Source: Bacteroidia bacterium (lineage in GTDB: Bacteria; Bacteroidota; Bacteroidia; Bacteroidales; Prolixibacteraceae). Taken from it: a stretch of DNA of 64,000 bases. Where the stretch lies: contig JBAWZG010000001.1 in NCBI GenBank assembly GCA_037143155.1, positions 3,604-67,603 on the forward strand, in the 5' to 3' direction. Each line of letters starts with the position of its first letter. Within the stretch, counting starts at the first letter, position 1. This document shows, piece by piece, positions 1 to 10,003 of this stretch. Position numbers and translations under genes: made by a program. The notes beneath the pieces were generated by a model. The model was not told the origin of the DNA, searched no databases, and saw only the letters and a list, made by a program, of their open reading frames with translations.

Positions 1-357
1 ATGCCTGGCAGCGACCTTCAGGCCATTGTTGAAATCAAAAATAAAGCCTTGTCGACTTCCGGAAATTACCGTAGTTTCTTTGTGGAGAAAGGTGTAAAAT
101 ATGCTCATACCATTGATCCAAAAACGGGCTTTCCAGCCCGAAATACGCTACTGAGTGCTTCGGTTGTCTGCGATGATTGCATGACCGCCGATGCCTATGC
201 CACCACATTCATGGTTCTGGGAGTTGAAAAAAGCAAGGAGCTTTTGGAAAAACTTCACGGAATCGAAGTCTATTTTGTCTACACCGATCAGCAGGGAAAC
301 TATGAGGTATTCTTTTCTGACGGGATGAAAGACATGATTTTGGAACAGAAAAAATAA
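1..357 (+). CDS. apbE: FAD:protein FMN transferase (ApbE family), C-terminal fragment; the 5' end lies outside the window
   Basis: The translation contains ApbE-type blocks 'YAHTIDPKTGFPA' and 'ADAYATTFMVLG'. At 118 aa it is only the C-terminal part of a typical ~330-aa ApbE, so the ATG at position 1 is internal. Confidence 0.75.
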   Translation: MPGSDLQAIVEIKNKALSTSGNYRSFFVEKGVKYAHTIDPKTGFPARNTLLSASVVCDDCMTADAYATTFMVLGVEKSKELLEKLHGIEVYFVYTDQQGNYEVFFSDGMKDMILEQKK

Positions 358-524
358 ATCAACTGAAGAAGGCGGTATTAAATATTTCCACGTGCAACCG
401 AACTTTTTTCATTGGCGTTTTGTAAGCTGTCACTTGGTAAAGTACCAATATTGTAGTATTTTTGGGCGCAATAAAACGTTATACATAAACATCTGATTAT
501 AAAACAGATCATTATTTCCTGCTA

Positions 525-2927
525 ATGTTTACATATATTTCCCGATTCATTCTTAGAAACAGATTTCTCCTTGTTGTCGTTTTGGTCTTGATGACCATAT
601 TTATGGCATACAAAGGCAAAGATGTAAAGCTTTCGTACGATAACGCACCGATGCTGCCCGACAAGGATAGCACCAGAATTCAATACCTTGAGTTCAAAAA
701 GCTGTTTGGAGAAGATGGAAATTTAATTGTGGTCGGAGCTATTAATCCGGACATTTTCACGCTCAGCCAGTTTAATGCCTGGGCTGACCTTGGCACTAAA
801 ATTCGTGAAATAGACGGAGTTAAAGAGGTCGTAAATATCTCGAGGGCGGTAACCCTGATAAAAAATGAAGCAGACCATAAGTTCATTATCAAGCCGCTGG
901 TTACTCAGAAACCCACCACTCAGGTTGAAGTCGACAGCCTCAAAAATGTAATCCTTAGCCTGAAATTTTACGAGGGAATGTTGTTCAATCCCAAAACCAA
1001 GGCATCGTTGATGACGATCGCATTAGACAAAAATAAGCTGAATGATGTCAGCCGGATTGCATTAATTGACAATGTTGTTAAAGCTGTTGAAGCCTACCGC
1101 ACTCAAAATAAGGTAGAGATTCACTACTCCGGAATGCCGTATATCCGGACAATTACCATGGGAAAGATAAAACACGAACTTTTCCTTTTCGTGTTGATCA
1201 GTATTGCCGTCGCCGCATTTATCATGTTCCTGTTTTTCAGATCGGTGAGGGTTGTTTTAAGTTCGTTGCTGATTGTTGCAATTAGCATTACCTGGGTTTT
1301 GGGAACCTTGTCGCTTTTTCATTATAAAATCACCATCCTGAGTGGAGTAATTCCTTCGCTCATTGTAATTATTGTAATTGAAAACTGCATTTACATTCTG
1401 AATAAATACCATTGGGAATATAAAAATCACGGGAATAAAATGAGGGCATTATCGCAGGTGATACATCGCATCGGGTTTGCCTCACTCATGACCAATGCCG
1501 CTACTGCCCTTGGGTTTGCCGCTTTTATTTTGGTTCCTAATCAGTTGCTTCGGGAATTTGGTCTTATTACCGCTCTCAACATCATGATCTTATATGTCTT
1601 GTGCATCGTTTTGCTCCCCATCATTTTCAGCTTACTTGCACCACCCACACCGAAACACCTTAAACATCTCGACAACAACTTCTTTGGCGCCGTGCTCGAC
1701 AAAGTGATTTACCTGATCAGTTTCAGGCGAAACCTGATTTACGGCATTGCCGGAAGCCTTGTTATTGTAGGTTTTATTGGGTTGAGCCTGATGAAAACTT
1801 CAGGAAAAATAGTGGATGATTTCAGAAGTAATGATCCGGTTTACATCGACCTTAAATTCTTTGAAAATAACTTCGGAGGAGTAATGCCTTTCGAGATTTC
1901 GGTAGATACCAAAAAGAAAAACGGGGTGATGACCTATTCAACCATCCAAAAAATTGACCGACTGCAAAACATGATCAACCAATACCCTGAATTTTCGAAA
2001 CCACTTTCGCTGGTCGAGGTGTTTAAATTTGCGCGTCAGTCTTATTACGGAGGCGATTCGAGCAAATACTCACTTCCAAGTTCGATGGAAAAGAACTTCA
2101 TTTTAAGCTATATGCCGCAAAAAGTACAGGGAAGCGGCGGCGATTTACTGAAAACATTCATCGACAGTACCAAGCAGATAACCAGGATAAGTTTCCAGAT
2201 GGCTGATGTAGGAACCAAACACATGGATGCACTGATGTCGAATATACTTCCGCAGGTTGACAGTATTTTTGATAAATCAAAATTCAATGTTAAAGTGACC
2301 GGTAATAGCGTTCTTTATGCCAAAGGAACCAACTTCCTGATCCTGAATTTATTTGAAAGTGTAATTATCGCGATCATCCTGATCTCGATTCTCATGGCAT
2401 TTCTGTTTTCATCCTTTCGCATGATACTTGTTTCCATGGGCCCAAACATCGTTCCTTTGCTGATTACTGGTGCAATCATGGGATTCTCCGGTATTCCAAT
2501 CAAACCATCAACCATCATTGTATTCAGCATTGCACTCGGAATTTCGGTTGATAATGCCATTCAGTACCTGTCCCGATACCGGCACGAACTGAAAGTCAAT
2601 GATGGCGCGATAAAAATTTCCGCATTAAATGCACTTCGCGAAGCCGGTTTCAGCATGATTTACACGAGCATCGTACTTGTACTTGGATTCAGTGTATTCA
2701 TTGTCTCCGAATTTGGCGGAACACAGGCTTTAGGAATCCTGATTTCAACCACATTGCTTTTTGCCATGTTCTTCAATATCATGGTTCTCCCTTCACTGTT
2801 ACTCACTCTCGACAAACGACTGGTTAGCAAAGCATTTACTGAACCAATCATTGAAATATACGAAGAGAATGAGGAGGAAGACTCCGCACTTGAGGCTGAA
2901 TTCCCGGAAGAAGATGAGGTGAAATAG
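525..2927 (+). CDS. MMPL/RND-superfamily membrane exporter (COG1033-like)
   Basis: The 800-aa ORF has two blocks of hydrophobic helices (about aa 215-370 and 640-770), each preceded by a large soluble loop. This is the 12-TM MMPL/RND layout. No adaptor or OMP gene is adjacent. Confidence 0.7.
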   Translation: MFTYISRFILRNRFLLVVVLVLMTIFMAYKGKDVKLSYDNAPMLPDKDSTRIQYLEFKKLFGEDGNLIVVGAINPDIFTLSQFNAWADLGTKIREIDGVKEVVNISRAVTLIKNEADHKFIIKPLVTQKPTTQVEVDSLKNVILSLKFYEGMLFNPKTKASLMTIALDKNKLNDVSRIALIDNVVKAVEAYRTQNKVEIHYSGMPYIRTITMGKIKHELFLFVLISIAVAAFIMFLFFRSVRVVLSSLLIVAISITWVLGTLSLFHYKITILSGVIPSLIVIIVIENCIYILNKYHWEYKNHGNKMRALSQVIHRIGFASLMTNAATALGFAAFILVPNQLLREFGLITALNIMILYVLCIVLLPIIFSLLAPPTPKHLKHLDNNFFGAVLDKVIYLISFRRNLIYGIAGSLVIVGFIGLSLMKTSGKIVDDFRSNDPVYIDLKFFENNFGGVMPFEISVDTKKKNGVMTYSTIQKIDRLQNMINQYPEFSKPLSLVEVFKFARQSYYGGDSSKYSLPSSMEKNFILSYMPQKVQGSGGDLLKTFIDSTKQITRISFQMADVGTKHMDALMSNILPQVDSIFDKSKFNVKVTGNSVLYAKGTNFLILNLFESVIIAIILISILMAFLFSSFRMILVSMGPNIVPLLITGAIMGFSGIPIKPSTIIVFSIALGISVDNAIQYLSRYRHELKVNDGAIKISALNALREAGFSMIYTSIVLVLGFSVFIVSEFGGTQALGILISTTLLFAMFFNIMVLPSLLLTLDKRLVSKAFTEPIIEIYEENEEEDSALEAEFPEEDEVK

Positions 2928-2980
2928 AATCTAATTCATTATTGTATTTTTACAACAATAAACTAATCAATCAACCTGAA

Positions 2981-4276
2981 ATGAAAACCAGATTCCTATC
3001 CTCGTTTATTATTCTGTTCCTTTTAGTTTTCGCTTGTACTGTTCAGGCTCAAACCATTATCCTGAAGCAAACTCATGAAAACGGGATATACAAAAAGGGT
3101 CAAAAGATCCAAATCACAGCAATAATCAGTCAGGAAACCAAAGATTCGCTGTTTGTAATTGTTCGGAAGAACAACAATCAAATCCTTATAAATAATGCTT
3201 TTCTACCAACTCAAGATTCGTTCGTAATTTTCGAAGGTACTTTCAAAGAACCGTGTTCGGTCATTATCGAAGCAAAAATCAAGGAGAAAAAGCAAAGTAT
3301 TGGATTAATCGTTGATCCGAAAAAAATCAAACCGGGAAGCGAATGCCCCAAAGACCTGAAAGAATACTGGAATCAGGAAAAACAAAGACTGAATGCTCAG
3401 CGGATGGAGGTGAAATCGAAAAAGGCAGAAACCACCGAGAAAGGTTATGTTTGCTTTGACACGGAAATCAATTGTGCCGGCCCAAAAACAGCAAAGGGTT
3501 ATTTTGCAAAACCCGAAAAAGCTGCGATGCGGTCACTTCCAATCGTTTTGCTGGTGCATGCCGCCGGTGTTAAAGGATGGTGGTGCCGTTCGGAAGTTAC
3601 GAATGCAGTACACTATGCAAAAAAGGGAAAAGGAGTACTTTGCTTCGACCTGAATGCACATGGAATGCTCAACGGCCAGCCGGACGAATATTACAACAAT
3701 CTGGATGCCGGTGAATTGAAGAATTATTACGTCAGCGGCCTCGAAAGCCGTGAAGATTTCTACTTCAGGGGAATGTATCTGCGGTTAATCCGTACCATCG
3801 AATTTCTGACCAGACAACCGGAATGGGATGGAAAACGCATTCTGGTGATCGGCGAAAGTCAGGGTGGCGGACAAGCACTGGCAGCGGCTGGTCTCGACAG
3901 CCGGGTCTCGGCCGTGGTTGCTACCGTTCCGGCCATGTGCGACTGGGGAGGAATATTTGCAAATCGCAAAAGTGGATGGCCTCAGCCGTATGAACATTCA
4001 GGCGATCAGGAAAAAATAAAGAAGGCAATCCCATACTTTGATACAGCAAACCTCTTGCAATTTTCAAAAGCCACAATTGTCGTGGAAATCGGGCTCATCG
4101 ACCAAACTTGTCCCTCCACTTCGGTTTATGCTGCAATTAATCAGGCAAAAGGCAAAAAGATCATCTATTCGGTGCCCTACCGCGAACATAATTTGAACAA
4201 CGAAACTCCACGGGCTGTTTGGAACAAAACTGTTTCCGAACCAAAAAATGCGTTTATTGAGAATTACCTGAAATAA
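2981..4276 (+). CDS. Secreted alpha/beta-hydrolase, acetylxylan esterase (AXE1/CE7-like) with an extra N-terminal beta-rich domain
   Basis: It has the nucleophile elbow 'GESQGG', the 'LLVHAAG' region and a C-terminal 'PYREHN' His. The ORF-track start at 2942 is TTG. The ATG at 2981 gives a signal peptide, MKTRFLSSFIILFLLVFACTVQA. Confidence 0.6.
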   Translation: MKTRFLSSFIILFLLVFACTVQAQTIILKQTHENGIYKKGQKIQITAIISQETKDSLFVIVRKNNNQILINNAFLPTQDSFVIFEGTFKEPCSVIIEAKIKEKKQSIGLIVDPKKIKPGSECPKDLKEYWNQEKQRLNAQRMEVKSKKAETTEKGYVCFDTEINCAGPKTAKGYFAKPEKAAMRSLPIVLLVHAAGVKGWWCRSEVTNAVHYAKKGKGVLCFDLNAHGMLNGQPDEYYNNLDAGELKNYYVSGLESREDFYFRGMYLRLIRTIEFLTRQPEWDGKRILVIGESQGGGQALAAAGLDSRVSAVVATVPAMCDWGGIFANRKSGWPQPYEHSGDQEKIKKAIPYFDTANLLQFSKATIVVEIGLIDQTCPSTSVYAAINQAKGKKIIYSVPYREHNLNNETPRAVWNKTVSEPKNAFIENYLK

Positions 4277-4293
4277 ATAAAAGCTTGTCATTC

Positions 4294-4364
4294 ATTGTCA
4301 TTGGTAGTCATTTGTTGCTGCTCAGAAGTAAACTGGGAATACCAAAATGACTATGAATGACAAT
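4294..4364. repeat. Imperfect inverted repeat made of TCATT/AATGA words, just downstream of the esterase stop
   Basis: Arms 4294-4313 (attgtcattggtagtcattt) and 4345-4364 (aaatgactatgaatgacaat) are complementary at 18 of 20 positions, with a 31-nt loop. Confidence 0.5.
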
Positions 4365-4392
4365 AAAATATTCTTTGAAAAGACATATAAAA

Positions 4393-4529
4393 TAGTGTTG
4401 TGTTAACTTAATTCTGACAAGTACCAGTCACCCCGTCCCGAGTTCTCGGGATCGGGGTCTCATTCAATTAAGGGATGCCGAAACAAGTTCGGCATGACAA
4501 TGCATCGATTCTTCATTAACACAACACTA
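4393..4529. repeat. 137-bp element bounded by 14-bp perfect inverted repeats and enclosing two GC-rich hairpins (MITE/REP-like or structured leader)
   Basis: tagtgttgtgttaa (4393-4406) is the exact reverse complement of ttaacacaacacta (4516-4529). The internal hairpins are ccccgtcccgag/ctcgggatcgggg (4431-4457) and atgccgaa/ttcggcat (4475-4495). Confidence 0.45.
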
Positions 4530-4559
4530 AGAGTATTTATCATCAACAAAAAACTTTCG

Positions 4560-5192
4560 ATGCAAGACTCCATCTCATTCGGTCTACTTTGTTTTACATC
4601 CTTTTTTACCCTGATCAATCCGTTGGGAACGATGCCTATCTTCATGACCATGACCTCGGAACTGGATGTGAAGCACCGGAATGCCACCGCAAAAAAGGCT
4701 TCGATCATTGGATTTATAACGATCGTATTTTTTGCCCTTTCGGGTCAGCTGCTGTTCAAATTCTTTGGAATTTCAGTGAACAGCTTCCGGATTGTTGGTG
4801 GGGTCATCTTCTTCATCATGGGCATGGATATGCTTCAGGCAAGGTTAGGTCAGGTAAAAATAAAGGACTCTGAGGTTAAGAGTTATGTCAGCGATATTTC
4901 CATCACTCCATTGGCAATACCTATGATTTGCGGCCCGGGTGCCATTACCAACGCTATAGTTCTGATGGAAGATGCGGCCACGATCGAACGAAAAACAATT
5001 CTTTTTGGAGCAATCTTTCTCGTAATACTGATTACCTACCTGATATTGTATAGCTCTTCGCGGATCATTAAAATTCTGGGGCAAACCGGCAATAATGTGA
5101 TGATGCGTCTGATGGGCCTGATTGTAATGGTTATTGCAGTCGAATTTTTCTTTAGCGGACTAAAACCAATTATTCTGGATATGATGAAGTAA
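4560..5192 (+). CDS. MarC family (UPF0056) integral membrane protein
   Basis: It has the 'NPLGTMPIF' motif and about 6 TM helices. The ORF-track ATG at 4494 lies inside the hairpin at 4475-4495. The ATG at 4560 (MQDSISFGLL...) gives the usual family length of ~210 aa. Confidence 0.8.
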   Translation: MQDSISFGLLCFTSFFTLINPLGTMPIFMTMTSELDVKHRNATAKKASIIGFITIVFFALSGQLLFKFFGISVNSFRIVGGVIFFIMGMDMLQARLGQVKIKDSEVKSYVSDISITPLAIPMICGPGAITNAIVLMEDAATIERKTILFGAIFLVILITYLILYSSSRIIKILGQTGNNVMMRLMGLIVMVIAVEFFFSGLKPIILDMMK

Positions 5193-5345
5193 GTCCTGGG
5201 TTTCATTTTGAGTCGGCTTTTGATATCCATTCAAATTCTACAATAATCCAACTACTTCCTGGCATAAAATCAAAATACATCTGCAAATATCCGGCATAGT
5301 CCGGAAAGATGCAGACACGAAAAACGGAAATCAGAATGTAACGAA

Positions 5346-5379
5346 AGAAGCCTCACTGAAAACAATCAGTAAGGCTTCT
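5346..5379. terminator. Bidirectional hairpin terminator between the convergent marC-family and maeB genes
   Basis: agaagcct-c-actga / tcagt-a-aggcttct forms a 13-bp stem with one mismatch and a 6-nt loop. T-rich sequence follows on both strands. Confidence 0.55.
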
Positions 5380-5420
5380 TCATTTATTCTAAATTCAGTT
5401 ATATTCCTGAAGATTCCAAC

Positions 5421-7712
5421 CTATAGAACAAGGTTTTTAGCCTTCATTTCTTCAAATTGAGCATCAACTACCGAGATAGTTACCATATTCAGAATATCAC
5501 GAACCGAGCTTTCCACATCCAGAATATGGATCGGTTTGTTCAATCCCATTTGTATTGGCCCGATCGTGTCGCTCATACCCAATTCAAGCATTAATTTATA
5601 GGCGATATTAGACGAACTGAGGTTTGGGAAAATAAGCGTATTTACATTCAAACCGTCGATTTTCGAAAATGGGTATTTATCGTGACGCAAATCGCGGTCA
5701 AGAGCAAAATTCACCTGCATCTCGCCGTCAATCATCATTTCCGGATTATTCTTATGCAAATATTCAACTGCTTCATGGATCATTGCAGGGCTACCAACCG
5801 CACGTTCACCGAAATTCGAATAGGAAACCATTGCCATTACCGGTTCAGTATTGAATAGTTTAACTGCATTCTGAGTCAGTTTAGCGATGTCAATCAGGGT
5901 TTCCTTTGATGGATGATTGTTCACCATGGTATCGGCAAAGAAGAAAGTGCCCAGTTTGGTGGTTACAATATTCAAACCGGCAATGTGGTTGAGTCCTTCG
6001 CGCATCCCAACAATTTCGATGGCAGGTATAATGGCATCCTGATATTTGGTATAAACGCCGGTTATAAATGCATCAGCATCGCCGGATTCAACCATCATCA
6101 TTCCAAAATAGTTGCGGTCGAACATTTTTTCATACGCTTCATCGTAAGTCATACCTTCACGCTGGCGTTTGGCTGATAGCATTTTGGCATACTTTTTACG
6201 TTTTGATCCTTCCCTGTCGTGTCGAAGATTCACAATTTCAACTCCGTCCAGATCAATACTGTGTTTGTTGATGAGTTTCTCAATCCGCTCTTCATTTCCA
6301 AGAAGAATTGGAATACAAATACCCTCGGCCCGTGCTACCGAAGCAGCTTTCAACATGTTGATGTGGTTAGCTTCGGCAAAAACAACGCGTTTAGGATTTT
6401 CCTGAGCTTTCTCCGTCAATCCGCGGATCAATTTATTATCGAGACCCATTCTTTGAAGCAGTCCTTCGGTATATTTGTCCCAATCTTTAATCGGTTTTCG
6501 GGCAATACCGCTTTCCATGGCAGCTTTGGCAACTGCCGGAGCAACGGTAACCAACAAACGGGGATCAAGTGGTTTTGGAATAATATACTGCCGTCCGAAA
6601 CTGAGCGAGGTAGTATTATAGGCGGCAGTGACCACTTCCGGAACAGGCTTTTTGGCCAGCTCGGCAATAGCCCGTACTGCAGCCACTTTCATCTCTTCAT
6701 TAATTCCGGTTGAACGTACGTCCAGTGCACCCCGGAAAATATAAGGAAATCCAAGAACATTATTCACCTGATTAGGATGATCGCTTCGTCCTGTTGCAAA
6801 AATTAAGTCAGGGCGAGAAGCGATAGCATCGGCATAAGGAATTTCAGGATTCGGATTGGCCAAAGCAAATACGATCGGGTTATCTGCCATACTGCGTACC
6901 ATATCCTGAGACAAAATATTTGCAACCGAAAGTCCCAGAAAAACATCGGCACCGGCCACTGCTTCAGCAAGGGTATTGCATGGAAGTTCAGTGGCAAATG
7001 GTTGTTTCCGGCTGTTCAGGTCGGTACGACGAACCGAAATCACACCTTTGCTATCGACCATCACCAACTTCTTCGGATCGGCACCCAAACGTATATAAAG
7101 CAACGAACAGGCCGAGGCAGATGCGCCTGCACCATTAACAACAATTTGTACATCTTCAATTTTCTTTCCAACCAATTCCAGTGCGTTCAGTAATCCTGCT
7201 CCTGAAATGATTGCAGTTCCATGCTGATCGTCGTGCATGATTGGAATATCAAGCGCTTCCTTCAGTTTTTCTTCAATTTCAAAACATTCGGGAGCTTTAA
7301 TATCTTCGAGGTTGATACCGCCAAAAGTACAGGCAATGGCTTTTACTACTTCAATAAATTTCGCCGGATCTTTCTCATCTACTTCAATATCGAACACATC
7401 GATGTCGGCAAATATTTTAAACAAGAGGCCTTTCCCTTCCATTACCGGTTTTCCGGCCAGCGCTCCAATATCGCCCAGTCCGAGCACGGCTGTTCCGTTA
7501 GATATCACTGCAACCAGATTTCCTTTGGCAGTGTAATCGTAGGCACATTGAAGATCTTTTTCGATCTCCAGGCAAGGAATCGCCACTCCCGGTGAATAGG
7601 CCAGCGATAAATCGCGTTGGGTACTGTAAGGTTTAGTGGGCACCACCTGAATCTTTCCAGGCCTGCCCTTTTTGTGGTAGTCTAAGGCTTCCTGATTTTT
7701 TGAATTTTCCAT
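5421..7712 (-). CDS. maeB: NADP-dependent malic enzyme (malic enzyme domain plus phosphate-acetyltransferase-like domain)
   Basis: The 763-aa protein starts with 'ALDYHKKGRPGKIQV', and contains 'GTAVLGLGDIG' and 'VVNGAGASA' Rossmann motifs. The C-terminal ~330 aa are PTA-like ('ANPNPEI...', 'GPIQMGLNKPIHIL'). Confidence 0.95.
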   Translation of the reverse strand: MENSKNQEALDYHKKGRPGKIQVVPTKPYSTQRDLSLAYSPGVAIPCLEIEKDLQCAYDYTAKGNLVAVISNGTAVLGLGDIGALAGKPVMEGKGLLFKIFADIDVFDIEVDEKDPAKFIEVVKAIACTFGGINLEDIKAPECFEIEEKLKEALDIPIMHDDQHGTAIISGAGLLNALELVGKKIEDVQIVVNGAGASASACSLLYIRLGADPKKLVMVDSKGVISVRRTDLNSRKQPFATELPCNTLAEAVAGADVFLGLSVANILSQDMVRSMADNPIVFALANPNPEIPYADAIASRPDLIFATGRSDHPNQVNNVLGFPYIFRGALDVRSTGINEEMKVAAVRAIAELAKKPVPEVVTAAYNTTSLSFGRQYIIPKPLDPRLLVTVAPAVAKAAMESGIARKPIKDWDKYTEGLLQRMGLDNKLIRGLTEKAQENPKRVVFAEANHINMLKAASVARAEGICIPILLGNEERIEKLINKHSIDLDGVEIVNLRHDREGSKRKKYAKMLSAKRQREGMTYDEAYEKMFDRNYFGMMMVESGDADAFITGVYTKYQDAIIPAIEIVGMREGLNHIAGLNIVTTKLGTFFFADTMVNNHPSKETLIDIAKLTQNAVKLFNTEPVMAMVSYSNFGERAVGSPAMIHEAVEYLHKNNPEMMIDGEMQVNFALDRDLRHDKYPFSKIDGLNVNTLIFPNLSSSNIAYKLMLELGMSDTIGPIQMGLNKPIHILDVESSVRDILNMVTISVVDAQFEEMKAKNLVL

Positions 7713-8020
7713 CCCGTTTAAATATTTTAGTTAATACTTTTAAATGAATATGACTCATTCCACTTCCCGATTGTTATAAAAATTGGGAAGAATAATGATC
7801 CTAAAATTAAGGTCACCAAAAGTATTCTGAAATACGTTGATTTGATCATTTGGAGAGGTAAACGTCAGATAAAATTAACATACGATTATTCTTCAATTTT
7901 GCTGATAAGTCAATAGGATGGAAGTACAGAAGGGTAGCTGCTGAAGTTCGGATATTGCACCTAACCGACTAACTTGTTGATCCATTTGTCAAATCATTCG
8001 TGACGCGAATTTCCCAAAAC

Positions 8021-8063
8021 GAGAACTTCTCTCTTCAATTTCCCGAAGGACTGCGAAGTTCTC
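8021..8063 (-). terminator. Candidate terminator hairpin downstream of the esterase gene
   Basis: gagaacttc (8021-8029) and gaagttctc (8055-8063) form a 9-bp perfect stem. On the minus strand the stem is followed by gttttggg. Confidence 0.4.
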
Positions 8064-8191
8064 CCTGTCGCCGATTATTCAGCAACCAAATTGGTTTTGC
8101 CAGACCTGAATAGAATTCATTCAATTCCAACCATTAGAAAGAATAAGCTCAAATTTTCTACCGATTACCTTCGATGTAGAATTTTAGATTA

Positions 8192-9061
8192 TTAAAATTG
8201 GTGAAACGATTGAGAGACAAATTCCAATACAGTCGGCAAGGCTTCGCGCCAGTAAGTCCAGTTGTGTGCGCCGTCGCGGATACGAAATTCGTGAGGAATT
8301 TCCTTTTTACGCATAGCGATATGTACCAGACAGTTACCTTCGAACAGAAAATCATCATCACCACAATCGATGTACCAGCGCACCGCTTTTTTCTGATCGT
8401 CTGGCATGGCATTTACCAATTCAAGAGCACTGTGCCGAACAAAATATTTGGTGAGTTCATCTTTCGAAATTCCCGGATATTGTTTTTCCCAACGGGTTGC
8501 AGCCTCTTCCATCGAGATTGGACCTGTTGAAGCGCTCAAGGGACAAGCCGATGAAAACAGTTCCGGATGATGCAAAGCATACATGAAAGTTCCCCCGCCG
8601 CCCATCGACAAGCCTGAAATCGCCCGGTATTTTTTATCGGCACGGATATGATAAGTTTTTTCGATAAAAGGCATAAACTCCTGAAAGAAGAAATCTTCAT
8701 AATTCCAGTCCCCTTTGGGGCTGTTGAAATAGCCACGCTGTCCGGTATTTCCATCAGGCATTACGATAATCATGGCAGTACACTTTCCTTCCTGAATGGC
8801 TTTATCGGCAATGTTTTTTACTTCTCCAAACTGAATCCAGCCTGTTTGGTCGTCGCCTGAGCCGTGTAAAAGATAAAGAACCGGATAACTTCGATCCGAA
8901 GTTTCATAACCGGGGGGCAGGTAAATGGCATATTTGCGATCCATCTTCAATATTTTACTGGTCATGGAAAGATTGTCGGAAACTTTGCTGCCAGATTCAG
9001 CAAACAACAAAGATGTTGTCAAAAAGCAAAATGTCAGGATTGACAGGAATTGGTTTTTCAT
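8192..9061 (-). CDS. Secreted esterase-family alpha/beta hydrolase (esterase D / CE1-like)
   Basis: It has a signal peptide, 'YPVLYLLHGSGDDQTGW' and the 'GLSMGGGG' nucleophile elbow, which are typical of the 'putative esterase' family. Confidence 0.65.
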   Translation of the reverse strand: MKNQFLSILTFCFLTTSLLFAESGSKVSDNLSMTSKILKMDRKYAIYLPPGYETSDRSYPVLYLLHGSGDDQTGWIQFGEVKNIADKAIQEGKCTAMIIVMPDGNTGQRGYFNSPKGDWNYEDFFFQEFMPFIEKTYHIRADKKYRAISGLSMGGGGTFMYALHHPELFSSACPLSASTGPISMEEAATRWEKQYPGISKDELTKYFVRHSALELVNAMPDDQKKAVRWYIDCGDDDFLFEGNCLVHIAMRKKEIPHEFRIRDGAHNWTYWREALPTVLEFVSQSFHQF

Positions 9062-9235
9062 GGATTGGTTTAGTTTTTAGGTTTACTCAGTAAAATACAA
9101 ATCTTAAATTTCATTTCCTGCCCTTTGATCCGTTGAATCAATATAATATGTACTCGATAGCAAAATTACAATGCCACCCGTTTAATAAAGCAAGTGGCAT
9201 TGCATCAATTATATAGTTTCAACAAGGATTATTTG

Positions 9236-9811
9236 TCAGTTCTCGTCTTCATCATTCAACAGGACCTCTTCAATCACACGAGGGTAATTCTGATGCTCCA
9301 GTTCGTGGATTCGCGCAGCAAGTGTTTCCGGAGTATCCTTGGGTAAAATCGGGCAGGTTGCCTGAAATATGACTTTCCCTTTATCGTAATCCTGGTTCAC
9401 CTGATGGATGGTTATTCCTGATTCTTTATCCTTGGAGGCTAAAACAGCTTTATGAACATTCATTCCATACATTCCTTTGCCGCCATATTTAGGTAACAAG
9501 GCGGGATGAATATTTACTACGGTAAATAATTCAGTCAGATTACGTGGAACAAGCCATAGGAAACCGGCCAGAACGATCATGTCAATCCGGTGATCGTACA
9601 AACGATCCAGAATATCATTGCTTCGGTAAAATTCATCACTGTCGAACGTAATTGTTTCAATACCTAATTTCTCCGCCCTGATTAAAACGTAGGCATTTTC
9701 GTCATTTGACCAAACTGAGTCAACAACAACCTCCTTACTGCTTGAAAAATAATCAATTATCTTTTCAGCATTGGTTCCGGAACCAGAGGCAAAAATGGCA
9801 ATTCTTTTCAT
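9236..9811 (-). CDS. purN: Phosphoribosylglycinamide formyltransferase
   Basis: 'IAIFASGSGTNAE', 'DMIVLAGFL', 'VVNIHPALLPKYGG' and 'TIHQVNQDYDKGKVI' are canonical PurN motifs. Confidence 0.9.
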   Translation of the reverse strand: MKRIAIFASGSGTNAEKIIDYFSSSKEVVVDSVWSNDENAYVLIRAEKLGIETITFDSDEFYRSNDILDRLYDHRIDMIVLAGFLWLVPRNLTELFTVVNIHPALLPKYGGKGMYGMNVHKAVLASKDKESGITIHQVNQDYDKGKVIFQATCPILPKDTPETLAARIHELEHQNYPRVIEEVLLNDEDEN

Positions 9812-10003
9812 TTATCGTTTGTTTAATAATTTATGTTTAATGGAATTTTGGAATGAAAGATTCAAATATAGCCGAAGCAATGACATCATTAAAACTTTAT
9901 TCATTCATTTAAATCATTTTTTGTTTGAAATATCAGGTGTAAATTTATTACTTTGCATCGAATTTTTTGAAACAATTTTAATATTAACCAAAAATTTAGA
10001 ATT

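Noticed and set aside
2942-2980. N-terminal extensions in the ORF track (TTG starts at 2942, 34212, 40974 and 48457; ATG at 4494)
   Set aside because: In each case a downstream ATG gives a proper signal peptide or the conserved family N-terminus. The extension also overlaps a terminator, hairpin or -7 box, so the shorter models were used.
6219-6713. 164-aa plus-strand ORF inside maeB (and several shorter ones between 5669 and 7595)
   Set aside because: These are antisense to a full-length, motif-complete malic enzyme gene, with no independent signals.
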